The notes: generated from the sequence alone by a model not told the origin. Shown: positions 28,313 to 38,601, counted from the first letter of the stretch. The stretch is DNA of 64,000 nucleotides from an uncultured Candidatus Saccharibacteria bacterium (GCA_964469335.1 CAYXYK010000003.1:68671-132670); one strand, 5' to 3'. Numbers and translations: made by a program.

Positions 28313-29701
28313 ATGAGGCGTCATGCGATCATCGTGGTCGACCTTGGGTTTGGCGATGCAGGGAAAGGCTCGGTCGTCGACGCACTCACAGCGCGGTACA
28401 AAGCGCACACGGTTGTACGCTACAACGGCGGCGCACAAGCGGCACATACTGTAGTTACCCCGACCGGGGCAGTCCATACTTTTTCGCAGTGGGGAAGCGG
28501 GACTTTCTCTCCCGGAGTCCGTACTTATCTTTCGGAGTATATGTTGGTCGATCCGTTCGCACTCCTCAATGAGGAATTACATCTTCAAAGCGTGGGTGTG
28601 TCCGACGGTTTCGCTCGTATGTACATCGATGAGCGTGCCCCCATTGTCACTCCGTTCGCCCGCTCACTCAATAGACTCCGCGAGTACGCAAGAGGTGAAG
28701 CGCGACACGGTAGCTGTGGTATGGGGATTGGAGAAACCATGGAAGAAAAATGCGAACTAGGTGAGCTCGTGCTGTACGCGGGAGATATGCGGAACGAAGA
28801 ACAGCTTCGTGAGAAACTTGATATGCAGCGGATCCGTATGCAAAAAGTCGCTACACAGTTGACCGAAGGACTTTCGCTCGAAGGTGAGATCCTCGATGAA
28901 TGGAAACTCCTAGCTGCTGAAGATGGTCAGGCGATGACGAATATCATTGCTGTGTGCAGAAGGGTCGCAGAACTGGTCACGATCGTTCCTCGTGCTCAGG
29001 TCCATGAGTTTTTCCGTCCAGAAGGTGTGGTCATCTTCGAGGGTGCACAAGGAGTGCTGATTGATCAGGATTTTGGTTTCACACCGTACACGACATGGAG
29101 TGATACGACATCGAAAAATGCAAAAAACATTCTCGGGGCATGTGGTTTCGAGGGAGAAGTGAAAGTGATCGGAGTGCTGCGTGGATATGCGGTGAGGCAC
29201 GGTCCTGGGCCATTCGTTTCGGAAGATCATGGACTCACTCGGAATCTCCCTGACACCCATAATGTGTGGAATGCTTGGCAGAAAGATTTTCGTGTCGGCG
29301 TCTTTGATGCGGTAAGCAGTAGATATGCGCTTGCAGTGACTGGTGGTATTGATGTCCTTGCGATCAATTGTCTTGATAGACTCTCAGAGATGACAGAGCT
29401 AGTGATTGTGACGCATTACCGAGCGGATGGGTCTATGAACACAGAAGAATTTCTTGAGGGGAGAGATGGAAAGGGATTTCTTCGAGATATCGTGCTGAGT
29501 CGCCCCGCGGATCAGAGTCACCAAGAACAGCTCACTTCGTTCCTCAGGCAAGTGGTGCCAGTCAAAACAACATTTGCAACAAGCATGATTGGGGAATTCG
29601 TTTCGGCAATTGAGCAGGAACTTGGGGTTTCAGTCGCACTTCTCGGGTACGGGGCATCGAGGGACAAGAAAGAATGGAAACATGAAATTATAGCCTTATA
29701 A
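28313..29701 (+). CDS. Adenylosuccinate synthetase family protein (divergent PurA-like)
   Basis: GDAGKGSVVD (P-loop, compare GDEGKGK), VVRYNGGAQAAHTVV (compare VVRYQGGHNAGHT), GSCGMGIGET (compare TTGRGIGPAY). Confidence 0.65.
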   Translation: MRRHAIIVVDLGFGDAGKGSVVDALTARYKAHTVVRYNGGAQAAHTVVTPTGAVHTFSQWGSGTFSPGVRTYLSEYMLVDPFALLNEELHLQSVGVSDGFARMYIDERAPIVTPFARSLNRLREYARGEARHGSCGMGIGETMEEKCELGELVLYAGDMRNEEQLREKLDMQRIRMQKVATQLTEGLSLEGEILDEWKLLAAEDGQAMTNIIAVCRRVAELVTIVPRAQVHEFFRPEGVVIFEGAQGVLIDQDFGFTPYTTWSDTTSKNAKNILGACGFEGEVKVIGVLRGYAVRHGPGPFVSEDHGLTRNLPDTHNVWNAWQKDFRVGVFDAVSSRYALAVTGGIDVLAINCLDRLSEMTELVIVTHYRADGSMNTEEFLEGRDGKGFLRDIVLSRPADQSHQEQLTSFLRQVVPVKTTFATSMIGEFVSAIEQELGVSVALLGYGASRDKKEWKHEIIAL

Positions 29702-29765
29702 CAGGCTCATTTTGGATATGGTATGATATTTCCATACAATTATCGTACATAATCCACTGATCACC

Positions 29766-30887
29766 ATGGGTAATAATCAATATGCAGCACCTGCTGCAAG
29801 TGTCGCTGCGGCTCCGGCATCCGCTCCTCTTGTGTCGACCGAAGGGAATAAGGTTCGCGTTGCGATAAACGGCTTCGGTCGTATCGGACGGGCGTTCTAC
29901 AAGCTTGCACGTACTCGTCCTGAGTTTGAGATCGTGGCAGTGAATGATCTCGGCGATCTTGAGAACATGGCATATCTTCTCAAATATGATACTGCGTATG
30001 GTAAGGCAGATTTCGATATCACGATCGTTCCAGTTGGAGGGGCGGAGGAACCAGGATTCGTCGATAATGGGCGCAAGGTTGTCCTAGTTCAAGAAAAGGA
30101 TGCCACCAAGCTTCCGTGGGGAAAGTACAACATAGACATTGTCGTCGAGTCGACCGGACTCTTCACTGCATTCGACAAAGCGAAGGTGCATCTCGATGCG
30201 GGTGCAAAACGTGTCGTCATCACCGCTCCAGTGAAAGGCGCAGAGGTTCCCGGCATTACCACTGCGACAGTGCTGATGGGAATCAATGATGACAAGCTCG
30301 CAACGTGCGTCATGTCATCGAATGCATCATGCACGACGAACGCTGCATCCCCATTGATCCACATTCTCCATGAGAAGATCGGTATCGAGAAAGCGCTCCT
30401 AAATACCACCCATGCGATGACTGGTACCCAGCGTGTCGTCGACAGTCCTGGAGGCAAGGATGCTCGCGGTGGTCGTGCTGCATCAGAGAACATGATCCCC
30501 GCATCGACCGGTGCGGCGATAGCGGTCACCGAAGCAGTTCCCGATCTCAGGGGTCTCTTCGATGGGATTTCCATTCGTGTTCCGGTCATTGCTGGAAGCA
30601 TCGCGGACATTACCTTCATTGCGAAGCGCGAGACCAGTACTGAGGAGGTCAATCAGATTCTTCGTGATGCCGCAAAGGACCCGCGCTGGGAGGGTGTCTT
30701 CACTGTCACCGAGGAAGATCTCGTCTCATCGGACATTGTCGGCAATCTCCATGGTGCGATCGCAGATCTTCAAATGACCCGAGTTGTCGGTGGCAATCTC
30801 GTGAAAGTGATGAGCTGGTATGATAATGAGATGGGTTACACCAATACACTGGTCAAGCATGTGGTCGAGGTTTCGAAACACGTCTAA
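29766..30887 (+). CDS. gap: Glyceraldehyde-3-phosphate dehydrogenase, type I
   Basis: INGFGRIGR Rossmann motif and active-site SNASCTTN; about 28-aa Ala-rich N-terminal extension. Confidence 0.93.
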   Translation: MGNNQYAAPAASVAAAPASAPLVSTEGNKVRVAINGFGRIGRAFYKLARTRPEFEIVAVNDLGDLENMAYLLKYDTAYGKADFDITIVPVGGAEEPGFVDNGRKVVLVQEKDATKLPWGKYNIDIVVESTGLFTAFDKAKVHLDAGAKRVVITAPVKGAEVPGITTATVLMGINDDKLATCVMSSNASCTTNAASPLIHILHEKIGIEKALLNTTHAMTGTQRVVDSPGGKDARGGRAASENMIPASTGAAIAVTEAVPDLRGLFDGISIRVPVIAGSIADITFIAKRETSTEEVNQILRDAAKDPRWEGVFTVTEEDLVSSDIVGNLHGAIADLQMTRVVGGNLVKVMSWYDNEMGYTNTLVKHVVEVSKHV

Positions 30888-30908
30888 TCTTACGCTGAGA
30901 AAAAGGAC

Positions 30909-31370
30909 ATGAAGATATATTTTGCAACAGACCACGCTGGATATGAACTCAAGGAAGCGCTCGCCTCGTATGTCGAGAAAGACCTTGGATATACTGTTGC
31001 GGACATGGGGGCTCACCAGAACGATCCGAACGATGACTATCCTGATTTCATCCAGCTTGCAGCTCAAGAAGTGTCTCATGATCCGTCCGGTTCACGCGGT
31101 ATCATCATGGGAGGCTCGGGGCAGGGTGAAGCCATCGTCGCGAATCGCTTCCCGAATGTTCGATGCGCGCTTTACTATGGAGGGCCACTCGACATCATTA
31201 AGCTTTCCCGTGAACACAACAATGCAAATATCCTTTCACTAGGCGCGCGCTTTGTCTCATTAGATGAGGCAAAAGCGGCTGTGAAGCTCTGGCTCGAGAC
31301 GGCATTCGTCGAAGAAGAGCGGCACATGCGCCGCATCAAGAAGGTTGAACAGATATGGCCCTATCGCTAA
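30909..31370 (+). CDS. rpiB: Ribose-5-phosphate isomerase B
   Basis: RpiB/LacAB fold (GIIMGGSGQGEAIVANRFPNVRCAL). Confidence 0.88.
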   Translation: MKIYFATDHAGYELKEALASYVEKDLGYTVADMGAHQNDPNDDYPDFIQLAAQEVSHDPSGSRGIIMGGSGQGEAIVANRFPNVRCALYYGGPLDIIKLSREHNNANILSLGARFVSLDEAKAAVKLWLETAFVEEERHMRRIKKVEQIWPYR

Positions 31371-32083
31371 ATATGGTAGAAATCATTCCCGCAATCATGC
31401 CGAAGAGTTTCGCCGATCTCGAGAATAAAGCCGAGCGAGTTCGCGGTCTGGTTCCGCTCGCGCAGATCGATGTGATGGACGGAAAATTCGTGAAATCGAA
31501 GAGTTGGCCATACATGGAGTCAGCATCGGCGAGTGGTGATCATTTTGACGAACTCAAGTCTCAGGAAGAACTACTTCCATTTTTCGACGAACTCGACTAT
31601 GAACTCGATCTGATGATCGACGAGCCCGAGAAACATATATACGAATGGTTGCCACTTGGAGCGAGTAGGCTGATCTTCCATATCGAAGCGATCAAAGATA
31701 TCGAGCTGTTCTTCGCTCACGATATATGGAAAGAGGGAGCACGTGAAATAGGAGGACAGAAGATCATTGAGGTCGGACTTGCGATCACTCCCGGAACTCC
31801 GATCGAGGAGATCCTCCCGCACCTCTCGAAGATCGACCTCGTGCAGTGCATGGGTATCGCGAAGATAGGATACCAAGGCGAACCATTCGATGAACGAGTG
31901 CTTGAGATGATCAATACCATCCGTGTTGCCGCCCCCAATATGCCGATTTCGGTAGACGGCAGCGTAAATATGGAGACTGTGCCACTTCTTAGAGCGGCAG
32001 GCGCGACACGACTCGTGTCCGGATCGGCAGTTTTCGGCGCAGAAGACATCGGGGAGGCGATCGAAGCACTCGGGCAAGCATAA
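31355..32083 (+). CDS. rpe: Ribulose-phosphate 3-epimerase-like
   Basis: IDVMDGKFV, LDLMIDEP, ISVDGSVN, and C-terminal Gly-rich phosphate-binding motifs; alternative start ATG 31373 would remove the overlap with rpiB. Confidence 0.72.
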   Translation: MALSLNMVEIIPAIMPKSFADLENKAERVRGLVPLAQIDVMDGKFVKSKSWPYMESASASGDHFDELKSQEELLPFFDELDYELDLMIDEPEKHIYEWLPLGASRLIFHIEAIKDIELFFAHDIWKEGAREIGGQKIIEVGLAITPGTPIEEILPHLSKIDLVQCMGIAKIGYQGEPFDERVLEMINTIRVAAPNMPISVDGSVNMETVPLLRAAGATRLVSGSAVFGAEDIGEAIEALGQA

Positions 32084-32136
32084 AAGGGCATAACTGGGGA
32101 TGCAATCTTGCTATATTCCTATAAAATAAGGGATAT

Positions 32137-33036
32137 ATGGAGCACCTCTACGATGCGCGGATAAAAGAACTTGAGCTGATTGCCAACGATATTCGTCAGA
32201 CTATCATCAAGATGCTTGTTGCAGCTGGGTCAGGGCATACGGCAGGCCCACTCGGGATGGCCGATATTTTTACCTTATTGTATTTCCATGCGCTCAGGCA
32301 CGATCCACAGAATCCTGATTGGCAGGATCGTGACCGTGTCATTCTTTCAAATGGACACATCGCTCCAGTCCTCTACGCGACGATGGCGCATCGTGGCTAT
32401 TTCGGTGTAAATGAAGCTGAGACGACACTTCGGAAATTCGGATCGCGTCTCCAGGGGCACCCGCACCGTGAATGGCTGCCCGGTATCGAAACATCCTCGG
32501 GCCCTTTGGGCTCTGGTCTCTCTCAGGCGGTGGGCATGGCACTGGCTGACAGAATGGATAGAGGCACGCAGTCCAATAGGTTCTACTACTGTCTCCTTGG
32601 GGACGGAGAGCTCGATGAAGGACAGAATTGGGAAGCAATTATGCTCGGAGCGAAAGAGAAACTTCACAACCTCATCGCTATCGTCGATCGAAATAATATT
32701 CAGATAGACGGCTTCACCGAGGATGTGATGCCGCTTGAACCGCTTCCTGAGAAATGGGCGGCGTTCGGCTGGCATGTGCAGGAGATTGACGGGCATGATA
32801 TGCAGGCGATCAATCAGGCGATCACCGAAGCGAAAGCGGTCTATAACCGTCCGTCAGCAATCATTGCGCATACGATACCAGGGCGCGGTGTCGAGTTCGC
32901 TGAACGTCGATTCGAGTGGCATGGCAATCCGCCAGGGAAGGGTCCTGCTGATGTGGTGCCGAAAGACAAGCAAGGAGAAGTAGCACTCGCAGAACTCAGG
33001 ACGTTACGAGGAATCATAAAAAGTGAACATCAATAA
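32137..33036 (+). CDS. Transketolase, N-terminal (TPP-binding) subunit
   Basis: LGDGELDEGQNWEA TPP motif; split-tkt arrangement. Confidence 0.9.
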   Translation: MEHLYDARIKELELIANDIRQTIIKMLVAAGSGHTAGPLGMADIFTLLYFHALRHDPQNPDWQDRDRVILSNGHIAPVLYATMAHRGYFGVNEAETTLRKFGSRLQGHPHREWLPGIETSSGPLGSGLSQAVGMALADRMDRGTQSNRFYYCLLGDGELDEGQNWEAIMLGAKEKLHNLIAIVDRNNIQIDGFTEDVMPLEPLPEKWAAFGWHVQEIDGHDMQAINQAITEAKAVYNRPSAIIAHTIPGRGVEFAERRFEWHGNPPGKGPADVVPKDKQGEVALAELRTLRGIIKSEHQ

Positions 33037-34024
33037 CATGAACCCCGTACCCATCAACCCAAAAGTCTTCGACACCGATGTCGAACAGGCGCCGATCCGC
33101 AAGGGATTCGGTGAAGGGCTACTTGAGGCTGGAGAGCGAGATCACAATGTTGTTGCACTCTGTGCCGATCTCACTGAGTCGACACAGATGCACCACTTCG
33201 CGAAGAAGTTCCCTGAGCGCTATACCCAGGCAGGTATCGCAGAGCAATCGATGGCGAGTGTCGCGAGCGGTATGGCGGCAATGGGTAAGGTGCCATTCTT
33301 CTCTTCTTATGCGATGTTCTCGCCAGGAAGAAACTGGGAACAGATCCGTACGACCATCGCATATAATGACAGTAATTGCAAAATAGTTGGAAGCCATGCT
33401 GGTATCTCGGTTGGCCCCGACGGAGGAACTCATCAGGCGGTTGAAGACCTCGCGTTGATGCGTATCATCCCACGCATGACGGTCATCGCTCCCTGCGATT
33501 CCATCGAGGCAAAGAAGGCGACACTCGCTGCGGCTGTCTGGCACGGTCCTGTCTATATCCGCCTTGCACGGGAAGCTACCCCAATAGTCACCACGCTTGA
33601 GACTCCATTTTCGATAGGGAAGGCAGAGCTATATTTCACACCAAAAGAGGGAATCGAAACGAAGGTAGCGATCCTTGCGACCGGCTCACTTGTTCACAAT
33701 GCGCTCAAGGCAGCAAAACTGCTCGAAGAGAAAGGAATAGGAGCGAAAGTTTGGAACTTCGCGACTGTGAAGCCGATGGACGAGGAAGCTGTCCTCGAGG
33801 CAGCCAAGATCGGCGCGATCGTCACCGTTGAAGAGCATCAGCAGAAAGGCGGATTCGGGAGTGCTGTCGCAGAGTATCTTGCACAGAACAAACCGACCAA
33901 GCAGGAATTCGTCGGTGTGAAAGATCTGTTCGGACAGTCAGGTACTCCCGCAGAACTTATCGAACATTATGAGATGGGAATTTCACATATCGCTCTTGCT
34001 GCAGAGCGTGTTATCAGTCGTTAG
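33023..34024 (+). CDS. Transketolase, C-terminal (pyrimidine-binding) subunit
   Basis: Pyr-binding and C-terminal transketolase domains (GPDGGTHQAVEDLALMR). Confidence 0.9.
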   Translation: MNINNMNPVPINPKVFDTDVEQAPIRKGFGEGLLEAGERDHNVVALCADLTESTQMHHFAKKFPERYTQAGIAEQSMASVASGMAAMGKVPFFSSYAMFSPGRNWEQIRTTIAYNDSNCKIVGSHAGISVGPDGGTHQAVEDLALMRIIPRMTVIAPCDSIEAKKATLAAAVWHGPVYIRLAREATPIVTTLETPFSIGKAELYFTPKEGIETKVAILATGSLVHNALKAAKLLEEKGIGAKVWNFATVKPMDEEAVLEAAKIGAIVTVEEHQQKGGFGSAVAEYLAQNKPTKQEFVGVKDLFGQSGTPAELIEHYEMGISHIALAAERVISR

Positions 34025-34027
34025 TTC

Positions 34028-36796
34028 ATGAGAAGAAGAGCGCACCAACATTTCCTTGCATACACTCTCGAGCATATTCTCGGTTCGTTCTTCGTTATCT
34101 CGGTCGCGATGTTTGTCGGATATGCCGCGTACGCCTCTGACACCGCATCAAGTTCTACTTCGACCGCTTCGACAATGGCGATGAACATTCTCACTCCTCC
34201 AGTACTCGGAGTGCCGGAAGTTTCAACGGGTAAAGTCGCGCTTTCATGGACGGGGGTGTCGACGACTGGGACCGTGGCGCAAGGCTTCGCGGTGTATCGA
34301 AACGATGTCGTCATCACAAAGGTCACCGTAGGGTCATATATTGATTCATCAGGATTGACTCCTGGACAAAGTTATACCTATTTCATAAAAACGATCGATA
34401 CGGCAGGGAATATGTCGCTTCCGAGTAACGTCATCACGATCACCATTCCGCTTGCTACGACAGGGGTGACCACAACGACCGGAACAACTTCTGCAGGTAC
34501 TACCCCTCCACCTGCTCAGGCGACAGTAAGTGCTACTCCTTCGGTGCCCGTGGCACTCAGCCCGGTGACCTTCAGTGTGACCGTTGCTCCCATTGTCGAC
34601 TGCACGAGCGGTAAACCAATGAACGAAGTCTTCTTCGTCACCTCGGATTTCACCGGCGGGTCATTCCGGGTATCTTCTGACGGTGGGATAAACAACGCTC
34701 CGCTTGAGTGGGGAAGATATCCGTTCCCGAACGGGAAATATTCATGGTCCGCCGTCGTGAAGGATGGGTATACGGTGGAGGGTACTGCATCCGGATCCTT
34801 CACTCTCGCAGGGGTCTGTGCCCCCGTGTCGTCAACAACAACCATAACGAACACCACTAATGCCTCGCCGTCAGTCTCAGTAACCGCTGACACTTTTCCT
34901 CTGAAGTATCCAGAAAGTGCGACCATCATTCCTACTGTTGCGATCGATAATGTCAGAGTCCTTGAAGAAGACACGATCTCCGGTGTCGTTACGTTCAACG
35001 TCATTGCTCGCGGGAGTACTCGGACCGTCTTCGTTCTCCAGAATGCTTCGGGGACGAAACAGTATATTGATAAACAGCTCGGTGTCGTGCACAAGGATGG
35101 TACCGATGAGTGGTCTACACTTTGGAATACGATGAATATGGAAAACGGCAACTATACGCTTGCCGCGTTGATGGATACGAGTGCCGGAACCATGATCTCA
35201 AAGAAGTTCACATTCAACGTCAAGAACGTCGGGATGCAAACAACTGGAGCCGTCGTGAGTAAAAAACCGACACTAAAAGTCTATTTGAACAATATTCCTG
35301 TTTCATCCGGAGCGACCCTCTCACCTGATGACACAATAGAGTTTAGAGTAGGAGTTCTCAATGCAAAGAAGGTCAGTTTCTACGCGATGCTTCCGACCGG
35401 AACAACGCCCCTCGAGCTCGGCAGCGGAGTGATCGACGATCTGTTATCGGGGAACACTCAGGATGTATGGACAACGACACTCGATGTGAAAAAAGTGAAG
35501 ACTGGTGCGTATAAGTTGTTCGCCCGAGTACTCTATCTTGACGGTACGGTGGCAGAATCCGCAGCGTTCCCGATCTCAGTCGGACAGATCGTGAGCGGCA
35601 ATGTCACTACCAGTGTCATTGTCGCAACCGATACAAAGCTGACGGACATCAACACCTTCGCGAGCAAAGAAGAAGTGTTGTCACGAGTGACAGAACCTGC
35701 CGCGTGTAACACACCCGAGGAATGCAAGATCTTCTGTGCGAGTGACGCGGCACTCACGAACAGTTGCGTCTCGTTCGCGCGGGTCTCGGTCGGTACAAAA
35801 GACACAGCATCCTCACTCGTCGGAGATATATCAGCTCAAAATCTCGACCGAGTACTCGCAGATGTGCGCAAACGTTCAGACATTCCGACGCTCGTCGAAG
35901 ATGCGGATGATCTGGTCAAGTTCTGTGCTGATCCGAGCCATGTCGATATCTGCGCTAAAATGCTCAGCAAGAACGATCTAGCTACCGAAGAGACCATCAA
36001 AGAGAAGAAGAAGTTGCTGCGTGAAGCGAAGGAGGAAGAGGCAAAACTACTCACTCAACGTACCGGTGCACGCGCCTTCCTCGACAGTGACGGGGACAAG
36101 CTCTCTGATTATGATGAAGTGAATATCTATCACACCGAACCCTCTGTCGCGGATACCGACCATGATGGCATCCCGGACGGTACCGAGATCGAAGACCATA
36201 CTAATCCGCACGGAAATAACGAAAATACAGCAAGGAGCTCGACGAGCTCGGTGAGTGGTGAAGAAGGAGTGACTTTCGAAGACCCGCTTTTGACCGGAGT
36301 CGAGAAGAAAGAACTGCTCACTGTCACCAATATCCAAGTGGCTGAAGTAGGCAGCGGAGAGAGCGGAACAAGTACCGCAAAGAAACTTTTCCTTGCCGGG
36401 CGGGCACTTCCGAATAGCTATGTCACACTCTATATCTTTTCGACGCCTATCATCGTTACCATCAAGGCTGATGCAAGAGGAGCATGGACATACACACTCG
36501 ATAAAGAACTTCCAGACGGTTCTCATCAGGCGGTCTCTGCGATAACTGATGAAGGAGGGCACATCCTCGCAAAATCCGAGCCGCTCCCGTTCGTGAAGGT
36601 AGCGGCAGCAGTCTCGGTCGGGTCGAACGCACTCTTACCGTCGAACGAAACCCCGGGATTCTTCACCGGCGCATCACTGTATGCTTTCATTGCCATCCTG
36701 GTCGGACTCATCGGAGTGGCATTCTCGATCATCGGTTTCATGGTAAAGGGGAAAGTGGAGCAAGATGCACCACTCTTTCCTCCGACACCGAAATAA
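34028..36796 (+). CDS. Large membrane-anchored surface protein with FN3-like domain, Thr-rich linker and thrombospondin-type-3-like Ca-binding repeats
   Basis: N-terminal TM/signal; ALSWTGVST FN3-like; TTTGTTSAGTTPPP; DSDGDKLSDYDEVNIYHTEPSVADTDHDGIPDGTE; C-terminal TM helix. Confidence 0.55.
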   Translation: MRRRAHQHFLAYTLEHILGSFFVISVAMFVGYAAYASDTASSSTSTASTMAMNILTPPVLGVPEVSTGKVALSWTGVSTTGTVAQGFAVYRNDVVITKVTVGSYIDSSGLTPGQSYTYFIKTIDTAGNMSLPSNVITITIPLATTGVTTTTGTTSAGTTPPPAQATVSATPSVPVALSPVTFSVTVAPIVDCTSGKPMNEVFFVTSDFTGGSFRVSSDGGINNAPLEWGRYPFPNGKYSWSAVVKDGYTVEGTASGSFTLAGVCAPVSSTTTITNTTNASPSVSVTADTFPLKYPESATIIPTVAIDNVRVLEEDTISGVVTFNVIARGSTRTVFVLQNASGTKQYIDKQLGVVHKDGTDEWSTLWNTMNMENGNYTLAALMDTSAGTMISKKFTFNVKNVGMQTTGAVVSKKPTLKVYLNNIPVSSGATLSPDDTIEFRVGVLNAKKVSFYAMLPTGTTPLELGSGVIDDLLSGNTQDVWTTTLDVKKVKTGAYKLFARVLYLDGTVAESAAFPISVGQIVSGNVTTSVIVATDTKLTDINTFASKEEVLSRVTEPAACNTPEECKIFCASDAALTNSCVSFARVSVGTKDTASSLVGDISAQNLDRVLADVRKRSDIPTLVEDADDLVKFCADPSHVDICAKMLSKNDLATEETIKEKKKLLREAKEEEAKLLTQRTGARAFLDSDGDKLSDYDEVNIYHTEPSVADTDHDGIPDGTEIEDHTNPHGNNENTARSSTSSVSGEEGVTFEDPLLTGVEKKELLTVTNIQVAEVGSGESGTSTAKKLFLAGRALPNSYVTLYIFSTPIIVTIKADARGAWTYTLDKELPDGSHQAVSAITDEGGHILAKSEPLPFVKVAAAVSVGSNALLPSNETPGFFTGASLYAFIAILVGLIGVAFSIIGFMVKGKVEQDAPLFPPTPK

Positions 36797-36805
36797 TCCC
36801 GAAGC

Positions 36806-38158
36806 ATGAAACGATTCACAGATCTCTTTTCGCGCGGCATCGATTTCGTGCGTAACAATCCGCAGATCATGTACACGCTTTTTCTCGTGTTCGCGATCCC
36901 GCTCGCATTCTTTTTTTCGAGCGATCAGTTCCTCCGGGTCGCGCGTGAGAATCAGGATCGCCTCGAGCAGTCACGGGTCGCGCTCTTGGAAGATGTTTTT
37001 GCTGCATTCATCCCTGGCGTAGCGAACGAGGATGACCTGCTTTCCAAGATCAAAAAAATCACGAAGGAAAACGAAACGATCAATTCGATCGATGTCATCG
37101 TAGCGGCGTCTTCAAGTGATGGATATCGATTATATGCTTCCCTTGAAAAGGGAACCTCGTCAGACGCGTATATCCCGGATCAAATCGCAATGAATCTGCT
37201 CCGCTTTGCGAAAGGTGATCAGGATCAGTCATTCGCCATGGCATATTCTGATGACCTCGGAAGGCACTGGCGGAGCGCACGGTCGCTCGGCAGTGTCGGC
37301 GGGAATGAGGGTTATGTGCTTGTCGATGTCTCGATGGCACAGTCAGATGCTGTGTCTCGGAAGAACATCCAGAAAGCATATGTCTTATTGGTGCTCATCA
37401 TTTTGATGATCATCGTGCTACTTGCCAGACAGGCTCGGATCATCGATTACTCTGTACTCTATCGAAGACTCAAGGAGGTCGATCAAATGAAGGACGACTT
37501 CGTCTCGATGGCCGCCCATGAACTCCGCTCACCGCTCACCGTGATTCGGGGTTATGTCGAGATGCTCGGTGAAGGAGAAGGACTCAAAGATGCTGGAAGG
37601 ATACATTTGCGCAACATCGACCAAGCTGCGGTGCGATTAAGTGGACTCATCGGTGATATCCTCGATGTTGCAAAGCTTCAGGAGGGGAGGATGTCGTTCA
37701 ATCCTACTTCTTTCGATCCCGACACGGTCGTCGCGAGTGTCGTAGATGGCTATCAGCAGCCTGCATCGGCAAAGGGCCTTACACTCACACTCGCGAATGA
37801 GGCGCAAACGATCATCTCTGTCGATCAAGACCGTTTTCGACAAGTTGTGACCAATCTGGTCGGAAACGCTGTGAAATATACCGGAGTGGGGTCGGTACGT
37901 GTCAGTACAAAGAAAGAAAACGGAAGATATATCCTCCGTGTATCAGATACCGGATTCGGTATCTCTGCCGAACATCAGAAGCATCTGTTCGAGAAATTCT
38001 ATCGGGTGAAGAGTGAGGAGACAGCCCGTATCGAAGGTACTGGTCTCGGACTATGGATCACGCTCACAATGGTGCATGCGATGAACGGGGATATCTCGGT
38101 CGAATCGATCGAAGGGAAAGGTTCTGATTTCATTGTCAGCTTCAAGGCGGAAGAGTAG
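36806..38158 (+). CDS. Sensor histidine kinase
   Basis: Two N-terminal TMs flanking an extracytoplasmic domain; H-box MAAHELRSPLT; HATPase N/G boxes (LVGNAVKYT, DTGFGI, GTGLGLWI); no cognate response regulator in the window. Confidence 0.85.
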   Translation: MKRFTDLFSRGIDFVRNNPQIMYTLFLVFAIPLAFFFSSDQFLRVARENQDRLEQSRVALLEDVFAAFIPGVANEDDLLSKIKKITKENETINSIDVIVAASSSDGYRLYASLEKGTSSDAYIPDQIAMNLLRFAKGDQDQSFAMAYSDDLGRHWRSARSLGSVGGNEGYVLVDVSMAQSDAVSRKNIQKAYVLLVLIILMIIVLLARQARIIDYSVLYRRLKEVDQMKDDFVSMAAHELRSPLTVIRGYVEMLGEGEGLKDAGRIHLRNIDQAAVRLSGLIGDILDVAKLQEGRMSFNPTSFDPDTVVASVVDGYQQPASAKGLTLTLANEAQTIISVDQDRFRQVVTNLVGNAVKYTGVGSVRVSTKKENGRYILRVSDTGFGISAEHQKHLFEKFYRVKSEETARIEGTGLGLWITLTMVHAMNGDISVESIEGKGSDFIVSFKAEE

Positions 38159-38167
38159 GATACGGGG

Positions 38168-38566
38168 ATGAAAGACATCGCACGCATCCCGCGTAGTTTC
38201 GTCTATGCCTGGAAGGGGTTACGGCACGCATATCGAGCAGATAAGAGTTTCCGGCTAGAGATCCGCATCGGGCTTCCGGTCTATATCCTACTCGGCTTTC
38301 TGCTCTACCCGCTCTCAGCGTCCGAGTTCATTTTCTTTGTGCTTTCGTACGCACTGATCCTCACTGTCGAACTCGTGAACACTGCGTTCGAGAAAATGCT
38401 CGACAAGGTACACCCAGAGGAGCATGAATTGATCGCGAAGAGCAAGGACATCGCTTCGGCCGCAGTACTCATCGCGTTCCTGTTTGCGGTGTTCGTGAAC
38501 GGAGTACTTTTTTACACACACTTCTTCGCACATTCATACTTCTTCCTTGGAGGGATGTTTGCATAA
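38168..38566 (+). CDS. dgkA: Diacylglycerol kinase / undecaprenol kinase (DgkA family)
   Basis: Prokaryotic DAGK topology (3 TM) with ELVNTAFE and ASAAVLIAF motifs. Confidence 0.7.
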   Translation: MKDIARIPRSFVYAWKGLRHAYRADKSFRLEIRIGLPVYILLGFLLYPLSASEFIFFVLSYALILTVELVNTAFEKMLDKVHPEEHELIAKSKDIASAAVLIAFLFAVFVNGVLFYTHFFAHSYFFLGGMFA

Positions 38567-38572
38567 GCATAT

Positions 38573-38601
38573 AAAAACACTCCGCAATGCGGAGTGTTTT
38601 T
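38573..38601 (+). terminator. Bidirectional terminator between dgkA and the pfkB gene
   Basis: aaaaacactccgc aat gcggagtgttttt. Confidence 0.75.
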
